Notes: generated from the sequence alone by a model not told the origin. Shown: positions 17,019-27,359, counted from the first letter of the stretch. The stretch: DNA of 64,000 bases from Bacillales bacterium UBA6449 (GCA_002437105.1 DJOB01000005.1:110099-174098); one strand, 5' to 3'. Translations and numbers: made by a program.

Positions 17019-18995
17019 GTGTGGCTCTATATCTTCATAGGTTTGATCATAGGCAGTATCTCTGGATATAAGAGCTATTGGTTTCTCTTTCTTTTGATGA
17101 TTCCTCTAACCCTCTGTTTCCTTCAGAGGAGATATTGGAATGCTTTGTCCTGCTTGATTGCAGCGGCAATAATAGCCATTGTCACCTGGTTTATTTCCCG
17201 ACCTTTTACGAGCGGTGTATATGTGGGCATGGTGACCCGATCAGCGGAAAACTATTTTGTTATAAGCACTTACCGCGGAGGGATCTATGTTCAATCAACC
17301 CTCAATCCAGGATTAGGATCGCTATTTAGGCTTACAGGGGAATATAGAACTTTATATTTTGCTAGGGTTGAAGGAGATTTCGATTTTGCAAGCTATCTCA
17401 ATAGGCGGGGCTGCTTCAACTTTTACGATGGTGGTCAGATCGAGTGTATTTTAGATATTCCGAATTTTCTGTCTGGATATAGAAGCTGGGTCCTAAGTGA
17501 GTTAGATGGCGATAATCGTTCTTTGATCTCCTCGTTTCTCTTCGCTAAGGGAAGCGGTGGAATAAGTGGGTATAACCATCTGAGAGAGGCTTCTCTGACT
17601 CGTTTTTTAACTGACACTAGTCTTCACATCTCTTTTATCGTCCTCTTGTTTGAAAGGGTTCTTAAAGAGAAGAACAATAGGCTTCTCAGATTTATTTCTC
17701 CTGCAATCTGCTTTATCGTCTGTACATTGAGCGATTTCTCACTGTCGGGGAAAAGAATTTTTCTTCTCTCGATAACTAGACTCTTTTCCTCGCACTTCAA
17801 AGAGTCCATGCATAGCCGCTGTCTAGCTGGCTCACTTCTAATCTTGAGTTCGCCCTTCTGTGTGTGCGATCTTGGATTTTATATACCCTTCATGCTAATG
17901 ACTAGTTCCGTGTTTATGAGAGGCTTGGGTCGCTTGATCCCGAAGGTGGTAAGGACTCTTTTGAAAGCTATTTTAAATTTCCTAGTCATCGTTCCTTTTT
18001 CAATTATTGAAACTGGAAAGATCAACCTGCTGGCTATGGTTATTCCGTTGTTTCTAGTGTTGCCTTCCTGTTTGGTTTATTGCCTGTCCCTACCATTGCT
18101 TTTAATTCCCGCATATGGGATCGTCTTGGAACACATTGCTGGTATCTATTTATCTCTTTTAAGGTTGCTATCTAATTTTGGTGTCATAAGAATTGGAGTA
18201 TTTTTACTTCCTTTTATTATCTTGTGGTATATTGCTTTGCTTGTTTTTTTCGTGGCGTACGCTATTGGTCACCCCTGGCGTTACAGAGTGCTGATCCTCA
18301 TTCCCCTCTGTTTTATCTCCCTGCCCATCTTTAGCTCTTTTCAGCGTGACCGAGTAGTATTCATCAATGTGGGGCAGGGTGATTCCACTCTGGTAGTCAA
18401 GAGTGGAAAAGGTGTTTTGATCGATACGGGTGGAAGCATCTATCGAGATATTGCAAGCGAGTGCTTGGTTCCTTTTTTAGAGAAGGAAGGGATAAAGCGA
18501 TTGGCTGGGGTAATCATCACTCACGAGGACTTTGACCACTGCGGCGCCCTAGAAGGACTGACTAGATCGTTAGAGGTTGAAAAGGTTATTTATGGTGATG
18601 AGGTATCGGGAAGTTTTAATCTAGGTGGAATAGAATTTATCGATCATAATTTTCGGACTGATGGGGCTGACGACAACGATATTTCCGCGGTCTTAGAATT
18701 TGAAGTCGGTAAAAATAATTTTTTAATCATGGGTGATGCTCCTGTTTCGGTAGAAAAGGAAATAATAGAAAGAGGGGCTGATCTCAAGGTTGACTATCTA
18801 CGTATTGGTCACCATGGGTCCAAGACTTCTACTTCGGTAGAGCTTTTAACGGCTGTCAATCCTGAGTTGGCTGTTATATCCTGTGGCAAAAATTACTACG
18901 GTCATCCTGATCCAGAAGTTGTCGGGAGGATTGCGGGAGCCGGAATACCTATATGGCGGACAGATATCGATGGGTCGCTTAAAGTATTCTGTTAG
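17019..18995 (+). CDS. comEC: DNA internalisation channel ComEC/Rec2 (competence domain + metallo-beta-lactamase domain)
   Basis: The N-terminal two thirds are polytopic. The C-terminal domain reads 'VVFINVGQGDSTLV...ITHEDFDHCGAL...GHHGSKTS'. Confidence 0.88.
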   Translation: MWLYIFIGLIIGSISGYKSYWFLFLLMIPLTLCFLQRRYWNALSCLIAAAIIAIVTWFISRPFTSGVYVGMVTRSAENYFVISTYRGGIYVQSTLNPGLGSLFRLTGEYRTLYFARVEGDFDFASYLNRRGCFNFYDGGQIECILDIPNFLSGYRSWVLSELDGDNRSLISSFLFAKGSGGISGYNHLREASLTRFLTDTSLHISFIVLLFERVLKEKNNRLLRFISPAICFIVCTLSDFSLSGKRIFLLSITRLFSSHFKESMHSRCLAGSLLILSSPFCVCDLGFYIPFMLMTSSVFMRGLGRLIPKVVRTLLKAILNFLVIVPFSIIETGKINLLAMVIPLFLVLPSCLVYCLSLPLLLIPAYGIVLEHIAGIYLSLLRLLSNFGVIRIGVFLLPFIILWYIALLVFFVAYAIGHPWRYRVLILIPLCFISLPIFSSFQRDRVVFINVGQGDSTLVVKSGKGVLIDTGGSIYRDIASECLVPFLEKEGIKRLAGVIITHEDFDHCGALEGLTRSLEVEKVIYGDEVSGSFNLGGIEFIDHNFRTDGADDNDISAVLEFEVGKNNFLIMGDAPVSVEKEIIERGADLKVDYLRIGHHGSKTSTSVELLTAVNPELAVISCGKNYYGHPDPEVVGRIAGAGIPIWRTDIDGSLKVFC

Positions 18996-19298
18996 CTTTA
19001 AAGGTGAATGTTTATGGACTTATATCATGGGTTAGTTCCATGCTTGATCAGCTCTAGATAGTTAGATTCCAAATTATTTTGGGTAGCTCTCCAATAATGT
19101 ATTTCACTCTGCTATAGAAATGCTGCTATCCCACTTGGATTTACCTGAGGGAATAGATAGCGATAGATCGTGATGAATCAGTTAGCCTTTCCTCTCTTGA
19201 ATAACCATATAAAATGAGGCAGTAACACGGCTTAAATTAGTTTGACAAGCTGATTTAATGTAGAATACTAAGCGAAATTTTGGAGGATTTATTCAACG

Positions 19299-20723
19299 AT
19301 GGAATTAGAGAAGTCCAAGTTCTCGCAGAAGAGGACAAAGTGGGCTGAATTAGCAGAGCCATATCGGGCTGAAGCTCTGGAGACGCTTAAAGAATATATC
19401 GGTATACCTTCATATAACGATCCGGCCACGGTAACGGCTGCTCATCCCTTCGGACAGGGGGTAGAGAATGCTTTGGCCTTCGTGGCTAAGCTCGGCGCAA
19501 AGATGGGATTCGAGGTCGACAGGTGCGATGGTTACTGCACTGAGCTCTCTTCCGGTAAGGGACCCCTGATCGATATCTACGCTCATTCTGATACTGTTCC
19601 CGTCACTAGGGAGAATTGGAAGACCGATCCTTTCCAGGCGACTATAGTCGGGGACAGGATCTATGGCCGTGGATCCGAGGATGATAAGGGACCTGGTCTA
19701 GCCGCGTTCTTTGGACTCAAAGTTCTGAAGGATCACGGGTTGATCGATGGTTACCGTGTCCGTTTCGTCTTTGGCGGAAATGAGGAGTTGGATTTCCGTT
19801 GTCTAGATCATTACTTTAATGTTCTCAAGAAGGGCTTCCCCGCTTACGGAATCTCGCCTGATGCGGAGTACCCTCTGATCTATGGTGAGAAAGCGGTCTG
19901 CAATTTTGACGCTATCTATCACGTCGATCTGGGCAATAAGCCTTTCCACTGGGGAACCGCGATCAATCTCGTCTGCGACACTGCTACCTATGATTTTGCG
20001 GATTGTGGCACTCCTCTCGACGAGGTCAAGAGAATCGTGGCTAACTATCTCTCCGATCACTCGGAAATCAAGGGGAGCTGGAATGGAAGCACTCTAAAGA
20101 TCGAAGGGTTCGGCTATCATGGAAGCATGCCTTGGTTCGGCGTCAATGCTGGACTCTACATGTTAAACATCATCGGCAAGATTAGAGGAATTCAGGTACT
20201 TCACGATCTCTATGAGGACTACAAGGGTGGAGATGGTGAATCCTTCGGTGGAAATTACAAATCCAAAGCGTTTGACCGCTCTTCCTACTGTGTGGGATTC
20301 TTCGATTATGCTGATGGGAAGCTCACTCTGTCGGTCAATATGAGACTGCCTGAGAATGTCGAGATCGATGCTGCGGTCGATCATGTGAAGGATAAGACTT
20401 ACCCCGATGAGATCGAGGTCAAGTCTAAGACCCCTGTTCTCTATATCGATCCCGAGTCTCCCTTCATCAAGACGCTGATGAAAGTCTATCAGGAGGAGAC
20501 TGGCGATCTGGAGAGCAAACCTCTAGCTATCGGTGGCGGAACCTATGCGAAGGATTCGCGGAATACCGTGGCGTTCGGTGGTTCCTATGCCGACTTGGAT
20601 TTCCATATGCACGGCGATAACGAGTTCTTCTCTATCTCTAACTTCTACGACGATATTGGTATCTACGCTCATACCATCTACGAGATGGGTCAGCTCGCTA
20701 AGCGAGAGGCGGAATCCAAGTAA
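19299..20723 (+). CDS. pepV: M20-family dipeptidase (PepV/Sapep-like)
   Basis: Family motifs 'IYAHSDTVP', 'GRGSEDDKGP' and 'FGGNEE' are present. RBS GGAGGA is present. Confidence 0.82.
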   Translation: MELEKSKFSQKRTKWAELAEPYRAEALETLKEYIGIPSYNDPATVTAAHPFGQGVENALAFVAKLGAKMGFEVDRCDGYCTELSSGKGPLIDIYAHSDTVPVTRENWKTDPFQATIVGDRIYGRGSEDDKGPGLAAFFGLKVLKDHGLIDGYRVRFVFGGNEELDFRCLDHYFNVLKKGFPAYGISPDAEYPLIYGEKAVCNFDAIYHVDLGNKPFHWGTAINLVCDTATYDFADCGTPLDEVKRIVANYLSDHSEIKGSWNGSTLKIEGFGYHGSMPWFGVNAGLYMLNIIGKIRGIQVLHDLYEDYKGGDGESFGGNYKSKAFDRSSYCVGFFDYADGKLTLSVNMRLPENVEIDAAVDHVKDKTYPDEIEVKSKTPVLYIDPESPFIKTLMKVYQEETGDLESKPLAIGGGTYAKDSRNTVAFGGSYADLDFHMHGDNEFFSISNFYDDIGIYAHTIYEMGQLAKREAESK

Positions 20724-22258
20724 TGCGATTGCGTCATCGCCCTTGGGCTGCAGGTGTCATTGATTCAAATCGGGATATCGCATTAAATCGTAAGGACGAG
20801 GGAAGTCTGGCTCCTTTCGATCGCTTAGAGATTGGTTCGGGACGCGGCTTGTTTCTGCTCGAGAAAGCGAAGATGGAGCCCAATCACCAATTTCTCGGAC
20901 TGGAGATGAACTACAACGCTTTCGCTCTGGCCGTGAAGCGCGCAGCGGAGATGAACCCTAAGGTTCCCAATGCGCGGTTCCTCAACGATACCTATGAGAA
21001 TGTGGCGGATCTCATTCCCGTCAATAGCGTCGAGGAGCTGTATCTGAATTTCTCTGATCCTTGGCCTAAGACCAAGCAGCAGAAGCGCCGTTTGACCTAT
21101 CCGGATCGTCTAGCGGAATACTATCGGATCCTCAAGGTAGGGGGAAAGCTCTTCTTTAAGACGGATAACGTGGGTCTCTACGAGGCCTCCGTTTCCTACT
21201 TTGAGACCTTCGGCAAATTCAAGATTCTCTTCGAAGGTATCTATGAGAAGGACGAACCTACGGATGTGTGCACTGAGTTCGAACATAAATTCCGCAGTCA
21301 GGGGTTGCCCATCTACAGGATCGTCGCCCTCAAGGATACCGATGATTCGATCGTGATCGACTCTCGTCGAAGATTGGGACACGTGCCCGAGTTTTCGCTC
21401 TGGACTCACGGTAAAGCTGACCGCTTGACTGAGGCGACCTTCCAGCTGAAGGGAAGGCTGGATGTTAAAGGACCTTTCCCCGATGGGAATATGTCGCTGC
21501 TTTCGAATTCCAATGATCAGTTGAAGGTGGCTGGGACCGACCTGGTCAGGACGTTGGTCGACGATTTCCATGACGACCCTTCTCGGGTTACTATCAGCTC
21601 TCTGGCCGATGGCGATACCGTCATGTACGGGGAGACTATCCTTACGGTCGATGGTGTCGCGAAGGATTCCGATCTAGGGAAGATCATCCTACATAAGACG
21701 AACCTCCTCGTGCGCCTTGCTACCCTCACCTCCGATCTTATAGGGAAGGTAGGTAAGGACAATCTCGGCATCTTGACGGAGGGCAGCCAACTCGCGCGGG
21801 AATTGGAAGGATATGCTTTCTATGTCGGAGGAGGACGCCTCATCTGCGACAAACCGGGGGCTGCTCTGGTGCTCTTCCATCCTGTTCAGCATCTTTCTTC
21901 TCCCGATTTCATCTCTCTCGTCGATCAGACTAGGATTCTTCCCCCTGGCTCACCTCGTCCCCGGCGGACGATCTTCATCAGTTCTTCGACTGCGAGTCGG
22001 GATGTGGAAGATCTCATCTCTGCTCTGGGGCGCACCCCGAAGGAATTTACCATCGCGGGGGTGGTTTTCCCGGTGGCCGATGCGGATTTTCTCCTCACGG
22101 CCAAGGATCTCTTCGACCGAGCTGGTCTCTTCAGCATCAAGCTGGGTCTAGAGGGAGGCGAGCAGGAGTTGCGCACCGCGCTGGCTGCGCATCCCTCCGC
22201 TTCGAGTGCTCTTCTCCACGCTTCGGCGAGCGAGGAGGGGCCGGTCGTGGTTCAGTAG
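20723..22258 (+). CDS. trmB: tRNA (guanine46-N7)-methyltransferase TrmB fused to a ~300-aa uncharacterised C-terminal extension
   Basis: The first ~205 aa carry TrmB motifs 'LEIGSGRGLF', 'GLEMN', 'LNFSDPWPK..Q.KRRL' and 'FKTDN'. The ORF then continues without a stop to 511 aa. The ATG overlaps the pepV stop (TAATG). Confidence 0.85.
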   Translation: MRLRHRPWAAGVIDSNRDIALNRKDEGSLAPFDRLEIGSGRGLFLLEKAKMEPNHQFLGLEMNYNAFALAVKRAAEMNPKVPNARFLNDTYENVADLIPVNSVEELYLNFSDPWPKTKQQKRRLTYPDRLAEYYRILKVGGKLFFKTDNVGLYEASVSYFETFGKFKILFEGIYEKDEPTDVCTEFEHKFRSQGLPIYRIVALKDTDDSIVIDSRRRLGHVPEFSLWTHGKADRLTEATFQLKGRLDVKGPFPDGNMSLLSNSNDQLKVAGTDLVRTLVDDFHDDPSRVTISSLADGDTVMYGETILTVDGVAKDSDLGKIILHKTNLLVRLATLTSDLIGKVGKDNLGILTEGSQLARELEGYAFYVGGGRLICDKPGAALVLFHPVQHLSSPDFISLVDQTRILPPGSPRPRRTIFISSSTASRDVEDLISALGRTPKEFTIAGVVFPVADADFLLTAKDLFDRAGLFSIKLGLEGGEQELRTALAAHPSASSALLHASASEEGPVVVQ

Positions 22259-22276
22259 TCGATTTACTGTCGCGCC

Positions 22277-22303
22277 AAGGATCCTTTATAGGATCCTTTT
22301 TTA
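22277..22303 (+). terminator. Rho-independent terminator after trmB
   Basis: Stem aaggatcc (22277-22284) pairs with ggatcctt (22291-22298), then TTTTATTT. Confidence 0.8.
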
Positions 22304-22360
22304 TTTAATACTATCGATTTTTCAACTATTTATCGGAGCTTTTTTAAAATCGAATAAAAA

Positions 22361-22387
22361 TTAGCACTTGTTTGTTGACAATGCTAT
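22361..22387. promoter_or_regulatory. Degenerate second CIRCE-like inverted repeat overlapping the hrcA -35
   Basis: TTAGCACTT-GTTTGTTGA-CAATGCTAT has a left arm matching 8/9 and a right arm matching 6/9 of the consensus. It contains the TTGACA -35 hexamer. Confidence 0.5.
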
Positions 22388-22402
22388 GTGCCCCGCTATA
22401 AT
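22375..22402 (+). promoter_or_regulatory. SigA-type promoter of the hrcA-grpE-dnaK-dnaJ operon
   Basis: TTGACA (22375-22380), a 16-nt spacer, then TATAAT (22397-22402). Confidence 0.8.
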
Positions 22403-22406
22403 CCAT

Positions 22407-22433
22407 TTAGCACTAGGAGAGTGAGAGTGCTAG
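22407..22433. promoter_or_regulatory. CIRCE operator at the hrcA transcription start region
   Basis: TTAGCACTA-GGAGAGTGA-GAGTGCTAG lies 4 nt after the -10 and 13 nt before the GTG start. Confidence 0.88.
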
Positions 22434-22446
22434 AAAGGAGGCTGAA

Positions 22447-23493
22447 GTGAAGACCGCTAGGTACGATCTGATCCTGAAGTACATCATCGAAGACTTCATT
22501 CAGACAGGTGTTCCTGTCGGTTCGAAAAACCTCCTGTCTAAGCATCGTCTGGATATGTCGTCGGCGACGATCAGGAACTACATGGCCGATCTGGAGCGCG
22601 ATGGGCTGATCGAGAAGCCTCACACCTCCGCGGGCCGCGTTCCTTCCGCAGCTGGCTATCAGTACTATCTGGAGCACATCTTCAATAAGGAGAGCAGCGA
22701 AAAGCGGAATCGGGATGGCGACAAGGTCCGCCAGCAGCTCGCTTCGCTGATGAGCTATGGGACGAAGTCGATGGAGAAGACGATCGAGAACGCCTGTGAG
22801 GTCCTCTCGCAGGTCACCTCGCTGGCTACCGTAGTCCTTGGATCCGCCTCCTCGGAGAGGCTGGTCAGCGTGACTATGGTACCGATCTCCAGCGAGACGG
22901 CCACAGTGATCCTGGTCACCGATTCGGGAAATGTGGAGAGCAAGCTGTTTACCGTCCCCCCCACCGGGTCGATGAAAGCGGTGGCGTACGGCATCAAGCT
23001 GCTCAATGATCGGTTGATCGGGACGAAGATCGGCGATGTCGATGCGAAGGTCAGGAGCATGGAACCGATCCTGAAGTCGCAGATCGGTCGGGACTTCAAG
23101 ATCGTGATGGAGGCGTTCTGCGACGCCTGCGTCGGATTCTCGGGCCGCAAGTCGAAGTCCTTCGGTGGCACCAAGCTGATGGAGTTGCCGGAGTTCACCG
23201 AGGAGGCAGGATTCCGGAAGTTCGTTCAGAAGCTGCTGAATCAGAAGCTCGAGAGCGGCGACGGTCAGGGAATCGTGGCGAAGATCAATCCTCACACCGA
23301 TGTGGAGATCGATCCCGTCAACGACATCTCGATCGTCAAGCGGCGCGTCTCGATTCCGGGTGGACCGGAAGGCGATATTGCGGTCGTTGGACCCAACAGG
23401 ATGGATTACCACCGGATCTTGGATCTGATAGATATGATGATCGAACTCCTGTCGGTCAGGATCAGGGATGAACAGAAAGGAGGAGGAAGCTAA
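22447..23493 (+). CDS. hrcA: Heat-inducible transcription repressor HrcA
   Basis: The product reads 'RYDLILKYIIEDFIQTGVPVGSKNL...'. It is the first gene of the hrcA-grpE-dnaK-dnaJ order. The GTG start follows AAAGGAGG. Confidence 0.92.
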   Translation: MKTARYDLILKYIIEDFIQTGVPVGSKNLLSKHRLDMSSATIRNYMADLERDGLIEKPHTSAGRVPSAAGYQYYLEHIFNKESSEKRNRDGDKVRQQLASLMSYGTKSMEKTIENACEVLSQVTSLATVVLGSASSERLVSVTMVPISSETATVILVTDSGNVESKLFTVPPTGSMKAVAYGIKLLNDRLIGTKIGDVDAKVRSMEPILKSQIGRDFKIVMEAFCDACVGFSGRKSKSFGGTKLMELPEFTEEAGFRKFVQKLLNQKLESGDGQGIVAKINPHTDVEIDPVNDISIVKRRVSIPGGPEGDIAVVGPNRMDYHRILDLIDMMIELLSVRIRDEQKGGGS

Positions 23494-23494
23494 G

Positions 23495-24148
23495 GTGTTC
23501 AATAAAGATAAAAAGCCCGAGGAAGGTCAGGCGGCAGTCAAGGACGAGCCGAAGTCCAATGTGGTGGATGAGCTCGAACTCGAGCGCCAGACCAACGGGA
23601 AGCTCAAGGAGCTGCTGAAGGCGGCTGAGAGCGAGCGGGACAGCTGGATGAACAAGTACTACGGCAGCTTGGCTGACGTGCAGAATCTCCGCAAGGAGAT
23701 CGAGCGCGACAACCAGGTGGTCCTCAAGTACGCTGGCGAGCCGTTCCTCAAGGAGCTGATTCCCTTCATGCAGAGCTTGGATCAAGCGTTCAGGTTTGAA
23801 CCCACTTCCGATCCCAAGTCGACTGCTTGGATCAAGGGAATCCACCTCAGCTACAAGCAGCTCCTCGCGGCGCTGTCCAAACAGGGGGTGAGCATGATCG
23901 AGCCCAAGGTGGGCGACAAGTTCGATCCCTCGGTGATGGAGGCGTTCGAGACGGTCGAGGCCGATAAGCCCGATCTAGTCCACTCGGTGTGGATGAAGGG
24001 CTTCAAGCTGAAGGATCGTCTGGTGCAGCCGGCGGCGGTCGTGGTGACGGTCGAGCGTCGCCAACCCGCTCCGGTGAAACCGGAGGCTCCGAAGAAGGAT
24101 GAAGGCGAGAAGATCGAAGTCGTTGAAACTAAGGAGGAAAACAAGTAA
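23495..24148 (+). CDS. grpE: Nucleotide exchange factor GrpE
   Basis: A coiled-coil N-terminus is followed by 'FDPSVMEAFETVE...V..V..KGFKLKDRLVQPAAVVV'. I prefer GTG 23495, which follows AAAGGAGGAGG. The track's in-frame ATG 23468 overlaps hrcA and remains an alternative. Confidence 0.88.
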   Translation: MFNKDKKPEEGQAAVKDEPKSNVVDELELERQTNGKLKELLKAAESERDSWMNKYYGSLADVQNLRKEIERDNQVVLKYAGEPFLKELIPFMQSLDQAFRFEPTSDPKSTAWIKGIHLSYKQLLAALSKQGVSMIEPKVGDKFDPSVMEAFETVEADKPDLVHSVWMKGFKLKDRLVQPAAVVVTVERRQPAPVKPEAPKKDEGEKIEVVETKEENK

Positions 24149-26013
24149 TGGCTAACGAGTACATTCTAGGAATAGATCTGGGAACTACCAATTCGGTGGT
24201 CTCCTATATGCAGGATGATGGAAACGTCAAGGTTATCCCTACACCCGAGGGACCTCTGACCTGTCCTTCCGTCGTCTGCTTCAAGGCGGATGGCGAGGTG
24301 ATCGTCGGTAATGCGGCGAAGCGGCAGATGATCACCAATCCTGATTCTGTCTACTCGATCAAGAGGCACATGGGTGAGCGCGATTACAAGGTTCACATCA
24401 ACTGCATCAACAAGGATTTCACTCCCGAGGAGATCTCGGCTAAGATCCTCGCCTATATGAAGCAGTATGCTGAGACCAATATCGGACACCCGGTGAAGAA
24501 GGCGGTCATCACCTGTCCTGCGTACTTCGACGATGCGCAGCGCGAGGCGACGAAGAACGCTGGTACCATTGCGGGTCTGGATGTGGTTCGTGTCTTTGCT
24601 GAGCCCACTGCTTCCGCTCTGGCCTACGGTTATTCCGATAAGAAGAAGTCCGGTAAGGTCATGGTCTTCGATCTGGGTGGTGGAACCCTCGATGTCTCTG
24701 TTCTGGATATCGGCGATGGAACCTTCCAGGTTATCTCCACTTCCGGCGACACTCATCTGGGTGGTGATGATTGGGATCACGCCATCATGGAGTGGATCAT
24801 GGCTGGCATCAAGAATCAGTACGGCCTCGATCTGCACTCTAACAAGATGGCGGTCCAGAGAATCAAGGATGCGGCTGAGAGCGCCAAGATCGCTCTGACC
24901 GCTCAGGTTTCTACTGAGATCACTCTTCCTTACCTCGCTCCCGGACAGGATGGTCAGCCCATCAACTACGATGAGACTCTGACCCGTGTCAAATTCCAGG
25001 ATCTGACCAGGAATCTCATCGAGAGATGCCGCGCTCCTATGGAGAAGGCGCTCTCCGATGCTGGTCTGGCCAAGGATCAGATCGACGATGTTCTTATGGT
25101 GGGTGGTTCGACCCGTATGCCTGCGGTCATCGATATGGTGAAGGCCTATATGGGCAAGGCGAACCAGTCGCTCAACCCTGATACTGCGGTCTCGGTCGGT
25201 GCGGCCATCAACGGTGGAGTCATCCGTGGCACGGTCAAGGATGTCGTCCTTCTCGATGTCACTCCTCTGACTCTGGGTCTGGAGACCCTGGGTGGAGTTA
25301 TGACTCCTCTGATCCCCAGAAATACTACTATTCCTACCTCGAAGAGCCAGATCTTCTCAACTGCTACCGATAATCAGACCGGTGTCGAGGTCATGGTCTA
25401 TCAGGGTGAGCGTCCCATGGCGCAGGACAACAAGTTCCTGGGACGCTTCAGCCTGACGGGAATCCGTCCCGCTCGCCGTGGAACTCCTAGGATTCAGGTT
25501 ACCTTCGCGCTCGATGTCAACGGTATTCTGACGGTCACTGCTAAGGATCTGGACACCAACCAGGAGCAGCACATCACCATCTCCAACTCTTCTGGACTCT
25601 CGAAGGAAGAGATCGACAGGATGGTGGCTGAGGCGAAGGCCAACGAGGAAGCTGATAAGAAGCGCCGCGACGATGCCAATACCCGCAACGAGGCTGAGAC
25701 TCTCATCTCCAGCATCGATGATGAGCTGGCTAAGGGTGGCGACAAGATTCCCGCTGATCAGCGGGCGGCGGCTCAGAAGCTGCGCGACGAGGTGAAGGCT
25801 GATCTGGATAAGAACGATCTGGCGGCGGTTCGTCAGAAGATCGCTCAGCTCCAGCAGGTCGCCTACGCGGCTCAGCAGGCTGCTGGTGCTTCGGCCGCTG
25901 GTTCAACCAACAACAGCAACAGCGGTGCGCAGGCCTCGACTGCCAACCAGTCTCAGAACGATACTGACGGCAAGGTCTATGACGCTACCGACAGCAAGGA
26001 TTCCAACAAGTAA
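24148..26013 (+). CDS. dnaK: Chaperone DnaK (Hsp70)
   Basis: Hsp70 motifs 'GIDLGTTNS', '[10 protein letters not shown]' and 'VGGSTRMP' are present. The ATG overlaps the grpE stop (TAATG). Confidence 0.98.
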   Translation: MANEYILGIDLGTTNSVVSYMQDDGNVKVIPTPEGPLTCPSVVCFKADGEVIVGNAAKRQMITNPDSVYSIKRHMGERDYKVHINCINKDFTPEEISAKILAYMKQYAETNIGHPVKKAVITCPAYFDDAQREATKNAGTIAGLDVVRVFAEPTASALAYGYSDKKKSGKVMVFDLGGGTLDVSVLDIGDGTFQVISTSGDTHLGGDDWDHAIMEWIMAGIKNQYGLDLHSNKMAVQRIKDAAESAKIALTAQVSTEITLPYLAPGQDGQPINYDETLTRVKFQDLTRNLIERCRAPMEKALSDAGLAKDQIDDVLMVGGSTRMPAVIDMVKAYMGKANQSLNPDTAVSVGAAINGGVIRGTVKDVVLLDVTPLTLGLETLGGVMTPLIPRNTTIPTSKSQIFSTATDNQTGVEVMVYQGERPMAQDNKFLGRFSLTGIRPARRGTPRIQVTFALDVNGILTVTAKDLDTNQEQHITISNSSGLSKEEIDRMVAEAKANEEADKKRRDDANTRNEAETLISSIDDELAKGGDKIPADQRAAAQKLRDEVKADLDKNDLAAVRQKIAQLQQVAYAAQQAAGASAAGSTNNSNSGAQASTANQSQNDTDGKVYDATDSKDSNK

Positions 26014-26031
26014 TCGGTAGTCTAGGTGCTG

Positions 26032-26057
26032 ATGAGCCGGGGACTTCCCCGGCTCAT
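26032..26057 (+). promoter_or_regulatory. Perfect 11-bp intercistronic stem-loop between dnaK and dnaJ (no U-tract)
   Basis: atgagccgggg (26032-26042), loop actt, then ccccggctcat (26047-26057), followed by tagtgat. Confidence 0.5.
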
Positions 26058-26087
26058 TAGTGATATGGATGGGAAAGGGAGGTGCAG

Positions 26088-27218
26088 ATGGCTGACGAGG
26101 ATTACTACTCGATTCTGGGCGTGTCTAAGGATGCGACTCAGGATGAGATAAATACGGCTTACCGCACACTGGCTAAGAAGTGGCATCCCGATGTCAACAA
26201 GAGCCCGAATGCGACCGAGATGTTCGAGAAGATCACCAACGCCTATCAGGTTCTGAAGGACCCGAAGAAGCGTGCGGCTTACGATAGGTTCGGACAGGCC
26301 GGCGTCGACGGAGCTGACGGCGGGGCGGCGGGATTTAACCCCGGCAATTTCAACGCGGATGACTTTGGGGATATAAACGACATCTTCAGCCAATTCTTCC
26401 GGGGTGGTTCGCGTAGCCGGCAGCGTCGTCCCGATGGACCGATCCGCGGTAAAGACGTGCTCATGCGGATGAAGATAACCTTCATGGACGCCTGTAAGGG
26501 TCGCGAGGTCGATATGCCCTATAAGTACGATGGACCTTGCCCCGCCTGTGACGGCAAGGGCGCGGTCAATCCTTCGGATGTTTCGACCTGTCCTCAGTGC
26601 GGCGGTACCGGATTTGTCGTCTCGGTTCAGAACACCATGTTCGGTCGCTTCCAGAGCCAGACGACCTGTCCTCGCTGCAGCGGTCGCGGAACGGTCATCA
26701 CCAATCCCTGCTCGCAGTGCGGCGGCAGCGGAACGGTGACGATCAACGATACCCTCCATATCAGCATTCCGGCTGGTATCGAAGAGGGTCAGCGGCTCCG
26801 GGTACCCAACCGGGGTGGACGCGGTCTGAACGGCGGTCCGAACGGCGATCTCTATATCGAGATGGTCGTGGAGGACGACAAGGATTTCCAGCGCGATGGT
26901 CTGGATATCCTGACCGATAACCGCGTGCCGCTGATCACCGCGGTCCTCGGTGGTCAGATCGAGGTCGATACGATCTGGGGCCCGCAGACGGTCGATGTGA
27001 AGGCTGGTACTCAGCCCGGCGCCAAGATCAAGGTCAAGGGCATGGGTATCAAGAAGGCCAACGGCCTGACTGGTAACCATATCGTCACGGTCGAGATCAA
27101 GATTCCTACCCGGCTGAACCAGGAGGAGAAGGATCTCTACCAGAAGCTCGGTGAGATCGCCGAGAAGAAGGGCGAAGCCAAGGGACTATTCTCCAAGATC
27201 TTCGGTAAGAAGAAGTAG
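26088..27218 (+). CDS. dnaJ: Co-chaperone DnaJ
   Basis: The J-domain reads 'DYYSILGV...KKWHPDVNK'. Four CxxCxGxG zinc-finger repeats follow. I prefer ATG 26088 after GGGAGG; the track starts at GTG 26082. Confidence 0.95.
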   Translation: MADEDYYSILGVSKDATQDEINTAYRTLAKKWHPDVNKSPNATEMFEKITNAYQVLKDPKKRAAYDRFGQAGVDGADGGAAGFNPGNFNADDFGDINDIFSQFFRGGSRSRQRRPDGPIRGKDVLMRMKITFMDACKGREVDMPYKYDGPCPACDGKGAVNPSDVSTCPQCGGTGFVVSVQNTMFGRFQSQTTCPRCSGRGTVITNPCSQCGGSGTVTINDTLHISIPAGIEEGQRLRVPNRGGRGLNGGPNGDLYIEMVVEDDKDFQRDGLDILTDNRVPLITAVLGGQIEVDTIWGPQTVDVKAGTQPGAKIKVKGMGIKKANGLTGNHIVTVEIKIPTRLNQEEKDLYQKLGEIAEKKGEAKGLFSKIFGKKK

Positions 27219-27236
27219 GAGCGGTAGATTCCGTTT

Positions 27237-27266
27237 GGACAGGAGTGAACCTCCTGTCCTTTTTTT
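27237..27266 (+). terminator. Rho-independent terminator of the dnaK operon
   Basis: Stem ggacaggag (27237-27245) pairs with ctcctgtcc (27251-27259), then TTTTTTT. Confidence 0.88.
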
Positions 27267-27359
27267 GTCTTCCTAAGATTTGGGGAATTTTACGATAGTT
27301 TATTGACCTCTCAAGAAAAACATTTAACATTTTTAAATAGAACAGTTATGGAGGAAAAC

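Noticed and set aside
19000-19298. A promoter for pepV (TTGACA at 19242-19247 and TAGAAT at 19261-19266).
   Set aside because: The spacer between the two hexamers is only 13 nt. An alternative -35 (TTAGTT with an 18-nt spacer) is weak, so no confident promoter call is possible.
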